A stretch of 64,000 nucleotides of DNA from an uncultured bacterium (lineage in GTDB: Bacteria > Fidelibacterota > Marinisomatia > Marinisomatales > Marinisomataceae), in NCBI GenBank assembly GCA_905182795.1, contig CAJJCZ010000012.1, positions 437 to 64,436 on the forward strand, written 5' to 3'. Shown piece after piece: positions 10,000 through 20,155 of the stretch (its first letter is position 1; every line of letters starts with the position of its first letter). A program made the translations under genes and the position numbers. The notes beneath the pieces are model-generated. The model was not told where the DNA came from and did not search any database. It worked only from the letters and a program-made list of their open reading frames with translations.

Positions 10000-11004
10000 T
10001 TAGTGCCTAATATTAGATAAAATATCCTTCATTTCAGAATAATTCTTTACTAAAACTAATTTTTTTCGCAATGCTGACGCATCTGCAAAGCCTTTGAAGT
10101 ACCAACTGAAGTGTTTTCTCATATTATTTGTACCTACAACCTCTCCATGTGTTTGAACAAGTAAGTCTAAATGCTTATCACAAACATCTAATCTTTCATT
10201 CAAGCTTATCTCATTAAAATCTTCATTTTTCATATATTTTTTAATTTGAGTAAAAAACCAAGGATTCCCAAGTGCGGCTCTACCAATCATAATTCCATCA
10301 CAGTTTGTCAATGAGAACATTCTTTCAATATCTTCTATAGTTTGTATATCACCATTTCCTATTACTGGAATTTTTACATTTTCTTTTAATTCTTTAATAA
10401 GAGACCAATCAGCCTTTCCTTTATAGAGCTGAACAGTTGTTCTTGGGTGTAATGTGATAGCTTTGATACCAATTTTTTCTAATTTTATACCCGCCTCTGT
10501 ACTCACAATGGTTTCAGAATTCCAACCTGCTCTCATTTTGACAGTTACTGGAACTTCTTTGACAGATTCAACAACTGCAGCAGTGATATCTTCCATTAAG
10601 CATAAATCTTTTAACGCTGCGGATCCAGCGCCTTTTTTAGTTACTTTTGGAACAGGGCATCCATAGTTAATATCAATCAAATCAGGCTTAAATTGCTCAT
10701 AAACTAATCGAGCAGCTTTTTCCATAACTTCAGGAGTGTCTCCAAATATTTGAATACCAATTGGCCTCTCAAATTCTGAAAATTCAATCATTTTTAGAGT
10801 TTTTTCATTTTTTCTTATAATTCCATGTGCTGAAACGAATTCTGAATAAACAATACCTGCACCAAATTCTTTCGCAATGACTCTGTATGCATAGTCAGTG
10901 ACTCCTGCCATAGGAGCTAGAAAGAAAGGGAAGTCTAGCTTTAAAGATCCAATCTCTATTTTTTTATTTAAATCAAACATATTCTTTTTGTTTGTTAGGT
11001 TCAA
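10000..11004 (-). CDS. dusB: tRNA-dihydrouridine synthase
   Basis: FLAPMAGVTDYAYR, INYGCP and the overall Dus TIM-barrel pattern. Confidence 0.85.
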   Translation of the reverse strand: MNLTNKKNMFDLNKKIEIGSLKLDFPFFLAPMAGVTDYAYRVIAKEFGAGIVYSEFVSAHGIIRKNEKTLKMIEFSEFERPIGIQIFGDTPEVMEKAARLVYEQFKPDLIDINYGCPVPKVTKKGAGSAALKDLCLMEDITAAVVESVKEVPVTVKMRAGWNSETIVSTEAGIKLEKIGIKAITLHPRTTVQLYKGKADWSLIKELKENVKIPVIGNGDIQTIEDIERMFSLTNCDGIMIGRAALGNPWFFTQIKKYMKNEDFNEISLNERLDVCDKHLDLLVQTHGEVVGTNNMRKHFSWYFKGFADASALRKKLVLVKNYSEMKDILSNIRH

Positions 11005-11060
11005 TTATTGGTTTAAATTTGCCCGAGTTTAATTAAACTTCAAAGATAAAAGGTTAAAAA

Positions 11061-11297
11061 ATGTCAAGAGTTTGTGAAGTAACAGGTAAAAAAGTAATGC
11101 ATGGAAACAATGTAAGTCATGCAAACAATAAAACTAGAAGAAGATTCGATGTAAATCTACAGAAAAAAACTTTCTGGGTAGCTAGTTTAAAAAAATCTAT
11201 TACTCTTAAAGTATCAGCAAAAGGCATTAAAACTATTGATAAAAAAGGTATTGATTCTGTGATTAGAGAATTAACTGCTAAAGGAAGAAAATTTTAA
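11061..11297 (+). CDS. rpmB: 50S ribosomal protein L28
   Basis: [29 protein letters not shown] is a canonical L28 N-terminus. Confidence 0.95.
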   Translation: MSRVCEVTGKKVMHGNNVSHANNKTRRRFDVNLQKKTFWVASLKKSITLKVSAKGIKTIDKKGIDSVIRELTAKGRKF

Positions 11298-12748
11298 GAA
11301 TTTCTAAGTTTTTTACTCAATTCTTGAGTAATTATTTTATGATTTATTTTACCCTTTGATTCCTTCATCACTTTACCTATAAAGTAACTCAAGAGCTTGT
11401 CTTCGCCGTTTTGAAATCTTATAACTTCGTCTGAATTTTCTTTCAATACTTTATCAATAATCTCTTCTACGTTATTACTTTTATCGTCCATATAGTTACC
11501 TTCGTTCATTACAGTTTCTAATGAATTATTAGAGTCAAATAATTTTCTTAAGATTTCTTTCGCAGAATTGGTAGTTATTTTCTCTGAATCGCTTAAGGAG
11601 ATAATTTTTGCTAAATCTTTAGCTAGAATCTTGCTGTGATCAAAAGGAATATTTATTCCATTAAATAATCGAAATAATTCACCTGTAATCCATTTATTAG
11701 CATTTTTAGGGCTAACATCGTATTTGAGCATTTCTTCAAAATAAGAAGCAATATATCTTGTACTAGCAAGAGTGATAGCTTCTTCTGGCTTAAAATCATA
11801 TTTATCTATCCATTTATTTTCAAACTCAAATGGTAAAGTAGGTAAAATTTCTCTTATAGATTCTATCTTTGAATTTTCAATCGTAACTGGGGGTAGGTCT
11901 GGATCTGGAAAGTATCTATAGTCATTAGCATTCTCTTTTACTCGCATAATTTCTGCAGTATTTTTCTCATTATTCCAAGTTAAACTTGCTTGCTTTACTT
12001 GCTGTCCATCTTCTAATAGTTGATGCTGTCTTTTAATCTCAGATTCAATTGCTTTTTGTACATTTCTAAAAGAATTAATATTTTTAATTTCTGTTTTAGT
12101 GCCAAATTTTTTAACACCTTTTTTCTTAATAGATATATTAGCATCACATCTTAATTTTCCTTGTTCCATCTCAGCATTAGAAATCATTATATAATTAACA
12201 ATTTGTTTTATTCGTTGAATAAATATTTTTGCTTGTACGGGATGTGTTAATACAGGTTCAGTAACAATTTCTATTAGCGGAGCACCGCTTCTATTAAAAT
12301 CTACCTGACTGCTATTGCTTGATAGATGATGAGTTGATTTACCTGCATCTTCTTCTAGATGAGCTCTTGTTAATTCAATGTCGTATTGTTTGTCGTTCCA
12401 CCAAATAGGTACAACTCCGCCTGTGACAATAGGTTTATCAAATTGAGATATTTGATATCCTTTTGGAAGATCGGGATAAAAATAATGTTTTCTGGCAAAA
12501 GAAAAAGAGGAATGTATATTAGCATTTACTGCACTACCAAATTGAATAGCAAAATCTATAGCTTTTTCATTTATTGAAGGAAGTGCTCCCGGCAATCCAA
12601 GAGAGGTAGGGCATGTAAGCGTGTTTGGATCTTTATCATAGGTATATTCACATGTGCTAAACATTTTTGATTTGGTCTCTAGCTGTACATGTACTTCTAT
12701 ACCAATAACAAAATCCCAATCTTTATTAATTGTTTCTATTGTATTCAA
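11294..12748 (-). CDS. gatB: Asp/Glu-tRNA amidotransferase subunit B
   Basis: [16 protein letters not shown] and the C-terminal GatB/YqeY-like tail. Confidence 0.95.
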   Translation of the reverse strand: MNTIETINKDWDFVIGIEVHVQLETKSKMFSTCEYTYDKDPNTLTCPTSLGLPGALPSINEKAIDFAIQFGSAVNANIHSSFSFARKHYFYPDLPKGYQISQFDKPIVTGGVVPIWWNDKQYDIELTRAHLEEDAGKSTHHLSSNSSQVDFNRSGAPLIEIVTEPVLTHPVQAKIFIQRIKQIVNYIMISNAEMEQGKLRCDANISIKKKGVKKFGTKTEIKNINSFRNVQKAIESEIKRQHQLLEDGQQVKQASLTWNNEKNTAEIMRVKENANDYRYFPDPDLPPVTIENSKIESIREILPTLPFEFENKWIDKYDFKPEEAITLASTRYIASYFEEMLKYDVSPKNANKWITGELFRLFNGINIPFDHSKILAKDLAKIISLSDSEKITTNSAKEILRKLFDSNNSLETVMNEGNYMDDKSNNVEEIIDKVLKENSDEVIRFQNGEDKLLSYFIGKVMKESKGKINHKIITQELSKKLRNS

Positions 12749-15003
12749 TTTAGTTGATCTGCGATTAGATTTAGAGCAGATCCGGCCTTAAACCATGAGA
12801 TTTGATTTTTTGAAAATGTATGAATTGTTTTAATAATATAAGTAGAGCCATCTGGCTTATTTAAGCTTAGATCAATATTATTTGTTGGACTAAATCTATT
12901 TATATCGATAGTTGATATAGTATCAAAAGCTTCAATCTTATCATAGTCTGACTTGTTTTGGAATATTAAAGGTAAGATACCTTGTTTTTTTAGGTTGGTT
13001 TGAGCGATTCTTGCAAAGCTTTTTGCTAAAACAATTTTACATCCCATAAATCTTGGTTCCATAGCTGCATGTTCTCTACTAGATCCTTCTCCATAATTTT
13101 CATCAGCGACTGCTATCCAATCAATAGAATTTGAGCTATAATATTTTGCAACTTCATAGATATTGCCTTTTTCTTTGGTATCAGTATTTATTGCTTCTCC
13201 AGTAGATTGCGTATATGCATTTAATGCACCAGAGTACATGTTTTGAGATATGTTTTCAAGATGTCCTCTATATTTTAGCCAAGGTCCAGCTGGAGATACA
13301 TGATCGGTAGTACACTGTCCTTCAGCTTTTAATAAAACGCGTAAATTTTTAAAATCTTTATTGTCCCACTCTTTGAATGGTTCTAATTTTTGTAATCGTT
13401 TACTACTCTTGTCTATAATAATTTCTGCAGATGGATTTAAGGCTCCACTTAAGAAGTCACTACTATCTACATCCTCAAAGCCGTCAATGGGTAATTCTGA
13501 CCCAATAGGAGGGTTAAACATAAATTTATTACCATCTTCCATTAAAATAGAATCTTTTGAAGGATTAAAACTAAGCTTGCCTGCTATAGCTAATGCGGTT
13601 ACAATTTCTGGACTCGCTACAAAAGATTCAGTAGCTGCATTTCCATCATTTCTTTTCGCAAAATTTCTATTAAATGATGTAATGATAGTATTTTTCTCTC
13701 CATCTTTAACGCCAGATCTCTTCCATTGTCCAATACATGGTCCGCAAGCATTAGCAAGTACTTTACCACCAAGTTTCTGAAAAATTTCTGTATATCCATC
13801 ACGTTCCATAGTAGCCTTTATTTGATTAGACCCTGGAGTAATATAAAACTCTGATTTAGCTGTTAAGCCTTGATCTAGTGCTTGTTTTGCAACATGAGCA
13901 GCTTTTTCAATATCTTCATAAGATGAGTTTGTACAGCTACCAATTAGTCCAACTTTTAGATCATCATCGTAATTATTATTTTTAATAGCTAGTGGCATAT
14001 CTGATACTTTTCTAGAAAGGTCAGGACTGTATGGACCAACAATATGAGGTTCAAGTTCAGATAAATTTATTTCAATTACTTCATCATAATATTTTTCTGG
14101 ATTATTTGCTATTTCATCGTCTGCTTTCAAATGATCTTTTAATTCTTCTGCCAATGATGCAATATCAGATCTTGAGGTTGCAACTAGATAGTCAAACATT
14201 TTTTTGTCATAAGGAAATAGAGAAGTTGTTGCTCCTACTTCAGCACCCATATTAGTTATAGTTGCTTTTCCCGTACAACTTATTGTTTTTGTTCCTTCTC
14301 CAAAATATTCAATAATTTTTCCAGTACCACCTTTAACTGTCAAGATTCCAGCTAGTTTAAGTATGATATCTTTCGGAGAAGCCCAATTCTTTAATTCTCC
14401 AACTAACTTAACTCCAATAATACCAGGCCAATTGACTTCCCATGGAGAATCTGTCATTACATCTACAGCGTCAGCTCCACCTACACCAATTGCAATCATT
14501 CCTAAACCTCCTGCATTCGGAGTATGTGAGTCAGTTCCAATCATCAGAGACCCAGGAAATGCATAATTTTCTAATATAGTTTGATGAATAATTCCTGCAC
14601 CAGGTTTCCAGAAACCAATACCATATTTTTCACAAACAGATATTAGAAAGTTATAAACTTCTTTATTTGTAATAAGTGCATTATTTAAATCATCTTTTGC
14701 GCCATTAATAGCAGTGATTAAGTGATCACAATGTACAGTACTAGGAACGGCAGTTGTTTTCATACCTGAATTAATAAATTGAAGCAATGCCATTTGTGCC
14801 GTTGCATCTTGCATAGCTACTCGATCAGGTTTTATACAACAAAATGTTTTTGTTCTTTCTGGAATAGATTCTAATGGCTGACTTAAATGTGAAAAAAGTA
14901 TTTTTTCTGTATAGGTTAATGGTCGATTAAAAAAATCTCTAGCAACAGAAAGAGACTCCATATATTTTGAGTATGTCTTTTTAACTATTTTAGTTTGGTC
15001 CAT
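12745..15003 (-). CDS. acnA: Aconitate hydratase, ~750 aa mitochondrial-type
   Basis: IGTDSHTPN, GSCTNSS and ACGPCIGQW Fe-S ligand motifs. The 752 aa length fits the short (mitochondrial-like) class. Confidence 0.9.
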   Translation of the reverse strand: MDQTKIVKKTYSKYMESLSVARDFFNRPLTYTEKILFSHLSQPLESIPERTKTFCCIKPDRVAMQDATAQMALLQFINSGMKTTAVPSTVHCDHLITAINGAKDDLNNALITNKEVYNFLISVCEKYGIGFWKPGAGIIHQTILENYAFPGSLMIGTDSHTPNAGGLGMIAIGVGGADAVDVMTDSPWEVNWPGIIGVKLVGELKNWASPKDIILKLAGILTVKGGTGKIIEYFGEGTKTISCTGKATITNMGAEVGATTSLFPYDKKMFDYLVATSRSDIASLAEELKDHLKADDEIANNPEKYYDEVIEINLSELEPHIVGPYSPDLSRKVSDMPLAIKNNNYDDDLKVGLIGSCTNSSYEDIEKAAHVAKQALDQGLTAKSEFYITPGSNQIKATMERDGYTEIFQKLGGKVLANACGPCIGQWKRSGVKDGEKNTIITSFNRNFAKRNDGNAATESFVASPEIVTALAIAGKLSFNPSKDSILMEDGNKFMFNPPIGSELPIDGFEDVDSSDFLSGALNPSAEIIIDKSSKRLQKLEPFKEWDNKDFKNLRVLLKAEGQCTTDHVSPAGPWLKYRGHLENISQNMYSGALNAYTQSTGEAINTDTKEKGNIYEVAKYYSSNSIDWIAVADENYGEGSSREHAAMEPRFMGCKIVLAKSFARIAQTNLKKQGILPLIFQNKSDYDKIEAFDTISTIDINRFSPTNNIDLSLNKPDGSTYIIKTIHTFSKNQISWFKAGSALNLIADQLN

Positions 15004-15058
15004 TATTTTATCCTTCCTAAATTATTTAAATTTAATTACAAAAAAAATAACTAAAACA

Positions 15059-15625
15059 ATGGACCTAATATTAGCATCAAGTTCTCCAAGACGAAAGAGA
15101 ATTCTAACAGAGTTAGGTTATAATTTTAAATGTATATCGCCAGATATAGACGAGTCAAATATTGATAATCTAAAACCAATTAATTATGTTTTGAATATAT
15201 CTGAGAATAAAGCCTCTTATATATGGAATAGAAATAAAAAAAATTGTGTGTTAGCAGGTGATACTATCGTTGATTTTAATAATGAAATTATAGGAAAGCC
15301 ATCTTCCCAAAGTGAGGCCTTTAAAATTATTAAAAAACTATCCAATCAGACTCATTCTGTTATTAGTGGATTAAGTCTTTTTCTTGATGGAGAAGCTATC
15401 AATATTTTTGACAAAACTGATGTTACATTTAAAAAATTATCAGAACCTGTCATAGAAAACTATATTGAATCTTTTGATGTTTTAGATAAAGCTGGTGCCT
15501 ATAATATTGAAGATGCTGAAAATATTTTAATTAAACATATTGACGGATGTTACAATAATATCGTAGGTTTTCCCTTAAAGAAATTTGAAATGAGTAAAAT
15601 AAAAAAAATACTAGACAACCTATGA
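15059..15625 (+). CDS. maf: Maf-like nucleoside triphosphate pyrophosphatase
   Basis: LILASSSPRRKRIL N-terminus and DKAGAYNIED motif. Confidence 0.85.
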   Translation: MDLILASSSPRRKRILTELGYNFKCISPDIDESNIDNLKPINYVLNISENKASYIWNRNKKNCVLAGDTIVDFNNEIIGKPSSQSEAFKIIKKLSNQTHSVISGLSLFLDGEAINIFDKTDVTFKKLSEPVIENYIESFDVLDKAGAYNIEDAENILIKHIDGCYNNIVGFPLKKFEMSKIKKILDNL

Positions 15626-16443
15626 TCTTCTATTCAAAATATAAAAGATTTAGACTAGATAATAAAATTTCTCTTGAAGATATTCAACGTAGAACCAAAA
15701 TAGATCTTGTCAGTCTGAAAGCTATTGAATTAGGTAAATTTTCTCAAATTTCTAACGTTTATATAAGGCTATTTTTTAAAGCCTATCTTAAAGAAATTGG
15801 TGTAGACATTGATGAAGGTATTGAAGAGTTAGATAGCTTTCTTAATCAAAAAAAAATTAATCATAACCCCACAGTTAGAAAGAAGAAAGTAAAAGAAGAT
15901 GATAAAAGTTTAAAGTTTGTTGATATCATCAATACAGACAATATGTTTAATTCGAATACCTTGATTGGATTAGCTATATTTTTTATCCTAGTTCTATTAA
16001 GTTTTGCACTCAATAATTTATCAGATGTTTCTAATGTTGATAAAGAAAATGAGCTTAGACTATCTGATTCTAGTTTAGACAAAATATATACCATAAGAAG
16101 TCAGGAGATTTTAAGCAAAGAAACTTTTTCCTTTCCAATAACTATTCGATTTCAATCAAATAACGAAAATTATATTGAATATTCAGACAGTATTTCTGCA
16201 AAAGAATATTTTATATTTGACGATAAAAGTGCTAATCAATCTAATTCTTTCTCTGAAATCTGGAATGGAGAAGAAAAAACCTTCTTAATAGCGAATGCAG
16301 TTAACTTTGAATTGGTATTTTTTTCTGAAGATGCGTTCACAGATTTATCTAAAAGTATAGTTAATGATTTTCCAATAAAAATAGATCTTATAGCAGATCC
16401 TTTATCGGTATCTATAACGAAGTATATACCAAAAAGTAGATAG
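15622..16443 (+). CDS. RodZ-like HTH membrane protein
   Basis: N-terminal HTH (ISLEDIQRRTKIDLVSLKAIELG), a basic linker, one TM helix (LIGLAIFFILVLLSFAL) and a C-terminal domain. Confidence 0.55.
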   Translation: MIFYSKYKRFRLDNKISLEDIQRRTKIDLVSLKAIELGKFSQISNVYIRLFFKAYLKEIGVDIDEGIEELDSFLNQKKINHNPTVRKKKVKEDDKSLKFVDIINTDNMFNSNTLIGLAIFFILVLLSFALNNLSDVSNVDKENELRLSDSSLDKIYTIRSQEILSKETFSFPITIRFQSNNENYIEYSDSISAKEYFIFDDKSANQSNSFSEIWNGEEKTFLIANAVNFELVFFSEDAFTDLSKSIVNDFPIKIDLIADPLSVSITKYIPKSR

Positions 16444-16511
16444 TTTTAATTTATATAATTATCATTTAATCATTTTTTAATCATTTTTTTATCTAATTTA
16501 TAACAAATTTA

Positions 16512-16541
16512 TTGACATAGATGATGCATGTATAGTAAGAT
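16512..16541 (+). promoter_or_regulatory. Candidate sigma70-type promoter of the mraZ/dcw operon
   Basis: TTGACA (16512-16517), 18-nt spacer, TAAGAT (16536-16541). Preceded by A/T-rich AATCATTTT direct repeats at about 16470-16500, which look like an UP element. Confidence 0.4.
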
Positions 16542-16543
16542 AA

Positions 16544-16558
16544 GTGGTGAATTGTGGG
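16544..16558 (+). promoter_or_regulatory. Candidate MraZ operator (GTGGN direct repeats with 10-bp period)
   Basis: GTGGT-GAATT-GTGGG lies just downstream of the candidate -10 box and 27 nt upstream of the mraZ ATG. Confidence 0.4.
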
Positions 16559-16584
16559 TTAAATTCCCTTAATTCCCGTTTATT

Positions 16585-17043
16585 ATGCGTAGCCAATATA
16601 CATTCACAGGACAGTATGATTTTGTTATTGATTCAAAAAATCGAATCAATATTCCATCAATATTTCGTAAACAGCTTCATAAATCAGATAAAAATAGATT
16701 TGTTATAACAAGAGGTATTGATTCTTGTATCTGGATATATCCTTTAGGTGAATGGGAAAAAATTGAAAAAGAATTAAGTCAATTATCTTCTCTATCTAAG
16801 ATAAATCGTACTTTCCTAAGAAATCATTTAAGACATGCTAAAATAGTATCATCAGACGATCAAGGTAGACTTATACTAACAAAAAATTTAATTGAATATG
16901 CGAATATTCTAAAAGATATCACCATTATAGGTGTTTTAAATAAAATTGAGATATGGGATAATGCTACATTAGCAGTATCAGATTCTGAACAAAGTATTGA
17001 TGAAGAATCCTACGAAGATCTTTCCAAGAGGGTCAATATCTGA
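16585..17043 (+). CDS. mraZ: Transcriptional regulator MraZ
   Basis: Two MraZ repeats (DSKNRINIPSIFRK and DDQGRLILTKNL); first gene of the dcw cluster. Confidence 0.9.
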   Translation: MRSQYTFTGQYDFVIDSKNRINIPSIFRKQLHKSDKNRFVITRGIDSCIWIYPLGEWEKIEKELSQLSSLSKINRTFLRNHLRHAKIVSSDDQGRLILTKNLIEYANILKDITIIGVLNKIEIWDNATLAVSDSEQSIDEESYEDLSKRVNI

Positions 17044-17933
17044 TGACCTCAATTCTTTCGGAAAGCTATAGCCATTACCCAGTTATGCTGACGGAATCAA
17101 TTGATAATTTAAATATTAAAGAGAATGGATTTTATGTAGATGGCACAGTAGGGCTTGGAGGTCATTCAGTTAAAATTCTTGAATATATCAAAAAAGGATT
17201 TCTTATAGGTTTTGATAGAGATTCAAATTCAATCAAGATTGCAAAAAAAAGATTAGATTCTTTTGATAATTTTGAGTTAATCCACTCTAGCTATACAAAT
17301 TTACAAGAAACTTGCGATAAGCTTGATATCGATGGAGTAGATGGAATTTTTTTAGATCTAGGCCTTTCTTCTTTTCAGCTAGAAGATAATCAAAGAGGAT
17401 TTTCTCATCGATATAATTCATCTCTAGATATGAGATTTGATGATAAAGATGATGGATTGACAGCTGAAGAAATTATTGAAAATTCATCAATTAGAGATCT
17501 TACTAATATCTTTAATGAATTTGGAGAAGAAAGAAATTCTTTTAGAATTGCTAGAGCTATAAAAGAATCAAGCGAAGAGATAAATGCTGAGATGTTAGTT
17601 AATCTTATCAGTCGAATGACAGCTTATAAATATCGCATCAAAACATATTCACGTATTTTTCAAGCACTTAGAATTAAAACAAACAATGAGTTAGATCATT
17701 TAGAATCATTTTTAAATGATTTCATGGATTTTCTTAAGCCTGGAGGTAGGATTGTAATTATAAGTTATCATTCTATGGAAGATCGAATGGTCAAACATAA
17801 ATTCAAAGAGTTAAAATTAAATAAAGAACTAAAAGTTCTATCAAAAAAACCTTTTATACCTACAGATGAAGAGATATTTGACAATAAGAGATCTCGAAGT
17901 GCAAAAATGAGAGTAGGAGAAAAAATTGACTAG
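17043..17933 (+). CDS. rsmH: 16S rRNA m4C1402 methyltransferase
   Basis: HYPVML, DGTVGLGGHS and SYHSMEDRMVK motifs. Confidence 0.95.
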   Translation: MTSILSESYSHYPVMLTESIDNLNIKENGFYVDGTVGLGGHSVKILEYIKKGFLIGFDRDSNSIKIAKKRLDSFDNFELIHSSYTNLQETCDKLDIDGVDGIFLDLGLSSFQLEDNQRGFSHRYNSSLDMRFDDKDDGLTAEEIIENSSIRDLTNIFNEFGEERNSFRIARAIKESSEEINAEMLVNLISRMTAYKYRIKTYSRIFQALRIKTNNELDHLESFLNDFMDFLKPGGRIVIISYHSMEDRMVKHKFKELKLNKELKVLSKKPFIPTDEEIFDNKRSRSAKMRVGEKID

Positions 17934-18234
17934 AAAGAAGAGGTTAACAAAAGTACAGATTCAAAAAAGAGAAAATATAAAATGGACTCTAATGTTTGTG
18001 CTAACCGTAGGAACAATTTCTTTGTATTTAGCCGCCTTTATAGAGATAGATAAAACTCAAACTAGTATTGATTTTAATCAACAAACATTATCTCAGTTGA
18101 ATGAAAATCTTACATTGAAAATTAATTCTGTCGAAAAGATGAAAAGAGCTGACGTTATTTCAAAAAAAGCAAAAAAAATTGGATTAATAGCAAGTAAACC
18201 AGAGACACTTATCGTGAAAATAAGCAATGACTAA
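17926..18234 (+). CDS. ftsL: FtsL-like cell division protein
   Basis: Position between rsmH and ftsI, a single TM helix plus coiled coil. TTG start preceded by AGGAGA. Confidence 0.6.
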   Translation: MTRKKRLTKVQIQKRENIKWTLMFVLTVGTISLYLAAFIEIDKTQTSIDFNQQTLSQLNENLTLKINSVEKMKRADVISKKAKKIGLIASKPETLIVKISND

Positions 18235-20155
18235 AAACTATCTAAAATTTAAAAATAGGATAAGATTCGTAAGTACTGTTCTTGTGTTCGTTTGGGCTGT
18301 CTTTGTGTACAGATTATTTACAATTCAAATCATAGATAGGGTTGATAATCCACAAGGAATGAAAGTGGAAGTGATTAAAGGCAAGAGAGGAAATATCTTT
18401 GATGTAGAAGGTAATAATGTTACTCAAAATTTAACTTTTTACACTATTGGAATACATCCAAAAAAAATAAGCAATAAAGATATTTTTTTAAGAGAACTAT
18501 CTGATTGCACAGGTACTGATATAGGTATTTATTTTTCTAAGTTCAATGAGGAAAAATCTTATATACAATTAGAAAAAAAGACAATAGAAAATTGTCAAAA
18601 ATTGAAGTCAAGATATGGTGATGCATTGGTCATAAATCAAGATTATAAAAGATATTACCCTGAGGAAAATTTATTTGGTCAAATTGTTGGATTTACTAAT
18701 GTAGATGATGTAGGAATTTCTGGATTAGAGTTTCAATACAATAAGTATTTAGAGCCTAAAACAGGATCAAGAGTTTTTAAAAGGAATGGATTGGGTAAGC
18801 GTATTTCCGATCCCACCTTACCATATGAAGCTCCTGAAGATGGATCAGATATCTATTTAACTATCAATAAAGAATATCAAGCAATATTAAGGGAAGAATT
18901 GATTGATCAGGTAGAAAAAACTGAAGCATCTTCTGCTATGGGAATAATATTAAATCCTCAAACAGGAGAAATAGTATCCATGGTTAGCGTTCCAGATTTT
19001 AACCCTAATAATCCAGAAGATTTCCAATTAGAGTATCAAAAAAATAGATTAATTCTAGATACGGTCGAACCCGGATCAACTTTTAAGATTGTTACTATTG
19101 CAGCAGCTCTTAAGAGCGACATAGATCCAATGGATGAATACAACGTTGAAGGTCCATATAATTTTCATGATATAAAAATGATTGAAGACTCTGAGCCACA
19201 TTCAGTACTTACTGTGAAAGAAATTTTAGCTTATTCAAGTAATATAGGTACAATAAAAATTGCCGAATCTTTGGGTCAAAATAAAATTTATAATCAAGCC
19301 AAAGAATTTGGTTTTGGATCTAAGACCGGACTGAATCCGATGGGCGAAGCAAGTGGTATAGTTTATGAAACTAAAAAATGGAGCAAATCTTCGATGCATA
19401 GTATTCCTTTAGGATATGAAGTTTCTGCTACTCCAATACAGATTGCTATGGCATATGCTTCAATCGCAAATGGAGGTTTTTTATTGAAACCATACATGAT
19501 TAATGAAGTTAAAAAAAGTGACAACACAATTTTAAAAAATGAGAAAAGATCTAAAAAAAGAATCCTTTCTCAATCAGATGCAGAAATATTAAAAGACATG
19601 TTATTACATACAGTTGAAAGTGGAAGTGGAAAAAAAGCTCGATTACCTGGGTGGGATGTAGCTGGAAAAACAGGAACATCTAAAAAAATTGTAGATGGCC
19701 AATATTCAGAATCAGAATTTCTATCTAGTTTTGTAGGATTTTTTCCAAAAGAAAATCCTCAGTTATTAGCATTAATTATGATTGATGGAGCATCAGTTTC
19801 GAGAAATTATCATTGGGGCTCTATGTCAGCAGCACCCGTATTTAAGTCTGTGATGAAAAGAATTATCAACATTGATTCAGATATAACTAACAATAAGTCT
19901 AAAAAGACTACTAAGGCTAAAAAATCTAATCCCATTTTAATTCAAAAGAATGTTAGAAAATCGGAAGATATTCAGATGGTAGAGATGCCAAATTTATACG
20001 GTAAAAGCGTCATGGAGGCATACTCAATTTTAAATAAAACAGGTATTAAGCCTCAATTAACAGGTAATGGAGTAATAATTTTTCAATCTGTACCAGTTGG
20101 AAAAGAAATACCTAGAAATTCTATATGCATATTAAAGGCCGAAATAGAATCATGA
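18227..20155 (+). CDS. ftsI: Penicillin-binding protein 3 (division transpeptidase) with C-terminal PASTA domain
   Basis: STFK (EPGSTFK), SSN (AYSSNIG) and KTGT (AGKTGTS) motifs. PASTA-like C-terminus: PNLYGKSVMEAYSILNKTGIKPQLTGNGVIIFQSVPVGKEI. Confidence 0.9.
   Translation: MTKNYLKFKNRIRFVSTVLVFVWAVFVYRLFTIQIIDRVDNPQGMKVEVIKGKRGNIFDVEGNNVTQNLTFYTIGIHPKKISNKDIFLRELSDCTGTDIGIYFSKFNEEKSYIQLEKKTIENCQKLKSRYGDALVINQDYKRYYPEENLFGQIVGFTNVDDVGISGLEFQYNKYLEPKTGSRVFKRNGLGKRISDPTLPYEAPEDGSDIYLTINKEYQAILREELIDQVEKTEASSAMGIILNPQTGEIVSMVSVPDFNPNNPEDFQLEYQKNRLILDTVEPGSTFKIVTIAAALKSDIDPMDEYNVEGPYNFHDIKMIEDSEPHSVLTVKEILAYSSNIGTIKIAESLGQNKIYNQAKEFGFGSKTGLNPMGEASGIVYETKKWSKSSMHSIPLGYEVSATPIQIAMAYASIANGGFLLKPYMINEVKKSDNTILKNEKRSKKRILSQSDAEILKDMLLHTVESGSGKKARLPGWDVAGKTGTSKKIVDGQYSESEFLSSFVGFFPKENPQLLALIMIDGASVSRNYHWGSMSAAPVFKSVMKRIINIDSDITNNKSKKTTKAKKSNPILIQKNVRKSEDIQMVEMPNLYGKSVMEAYSILNKTGIKPQLTGNGVIIFQSVPVGKEIPRNSICILKAEIES

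Noticed and set aside
11026-11039. Perfect 14-bp palindrome AGTTTAATTAAACT between the divergent dusB and rpmB genes.
   Set aside because: Purely A/T-rich palindromes of this length are expected by chance in DNA of this composition, and no second copy was seen in the window.
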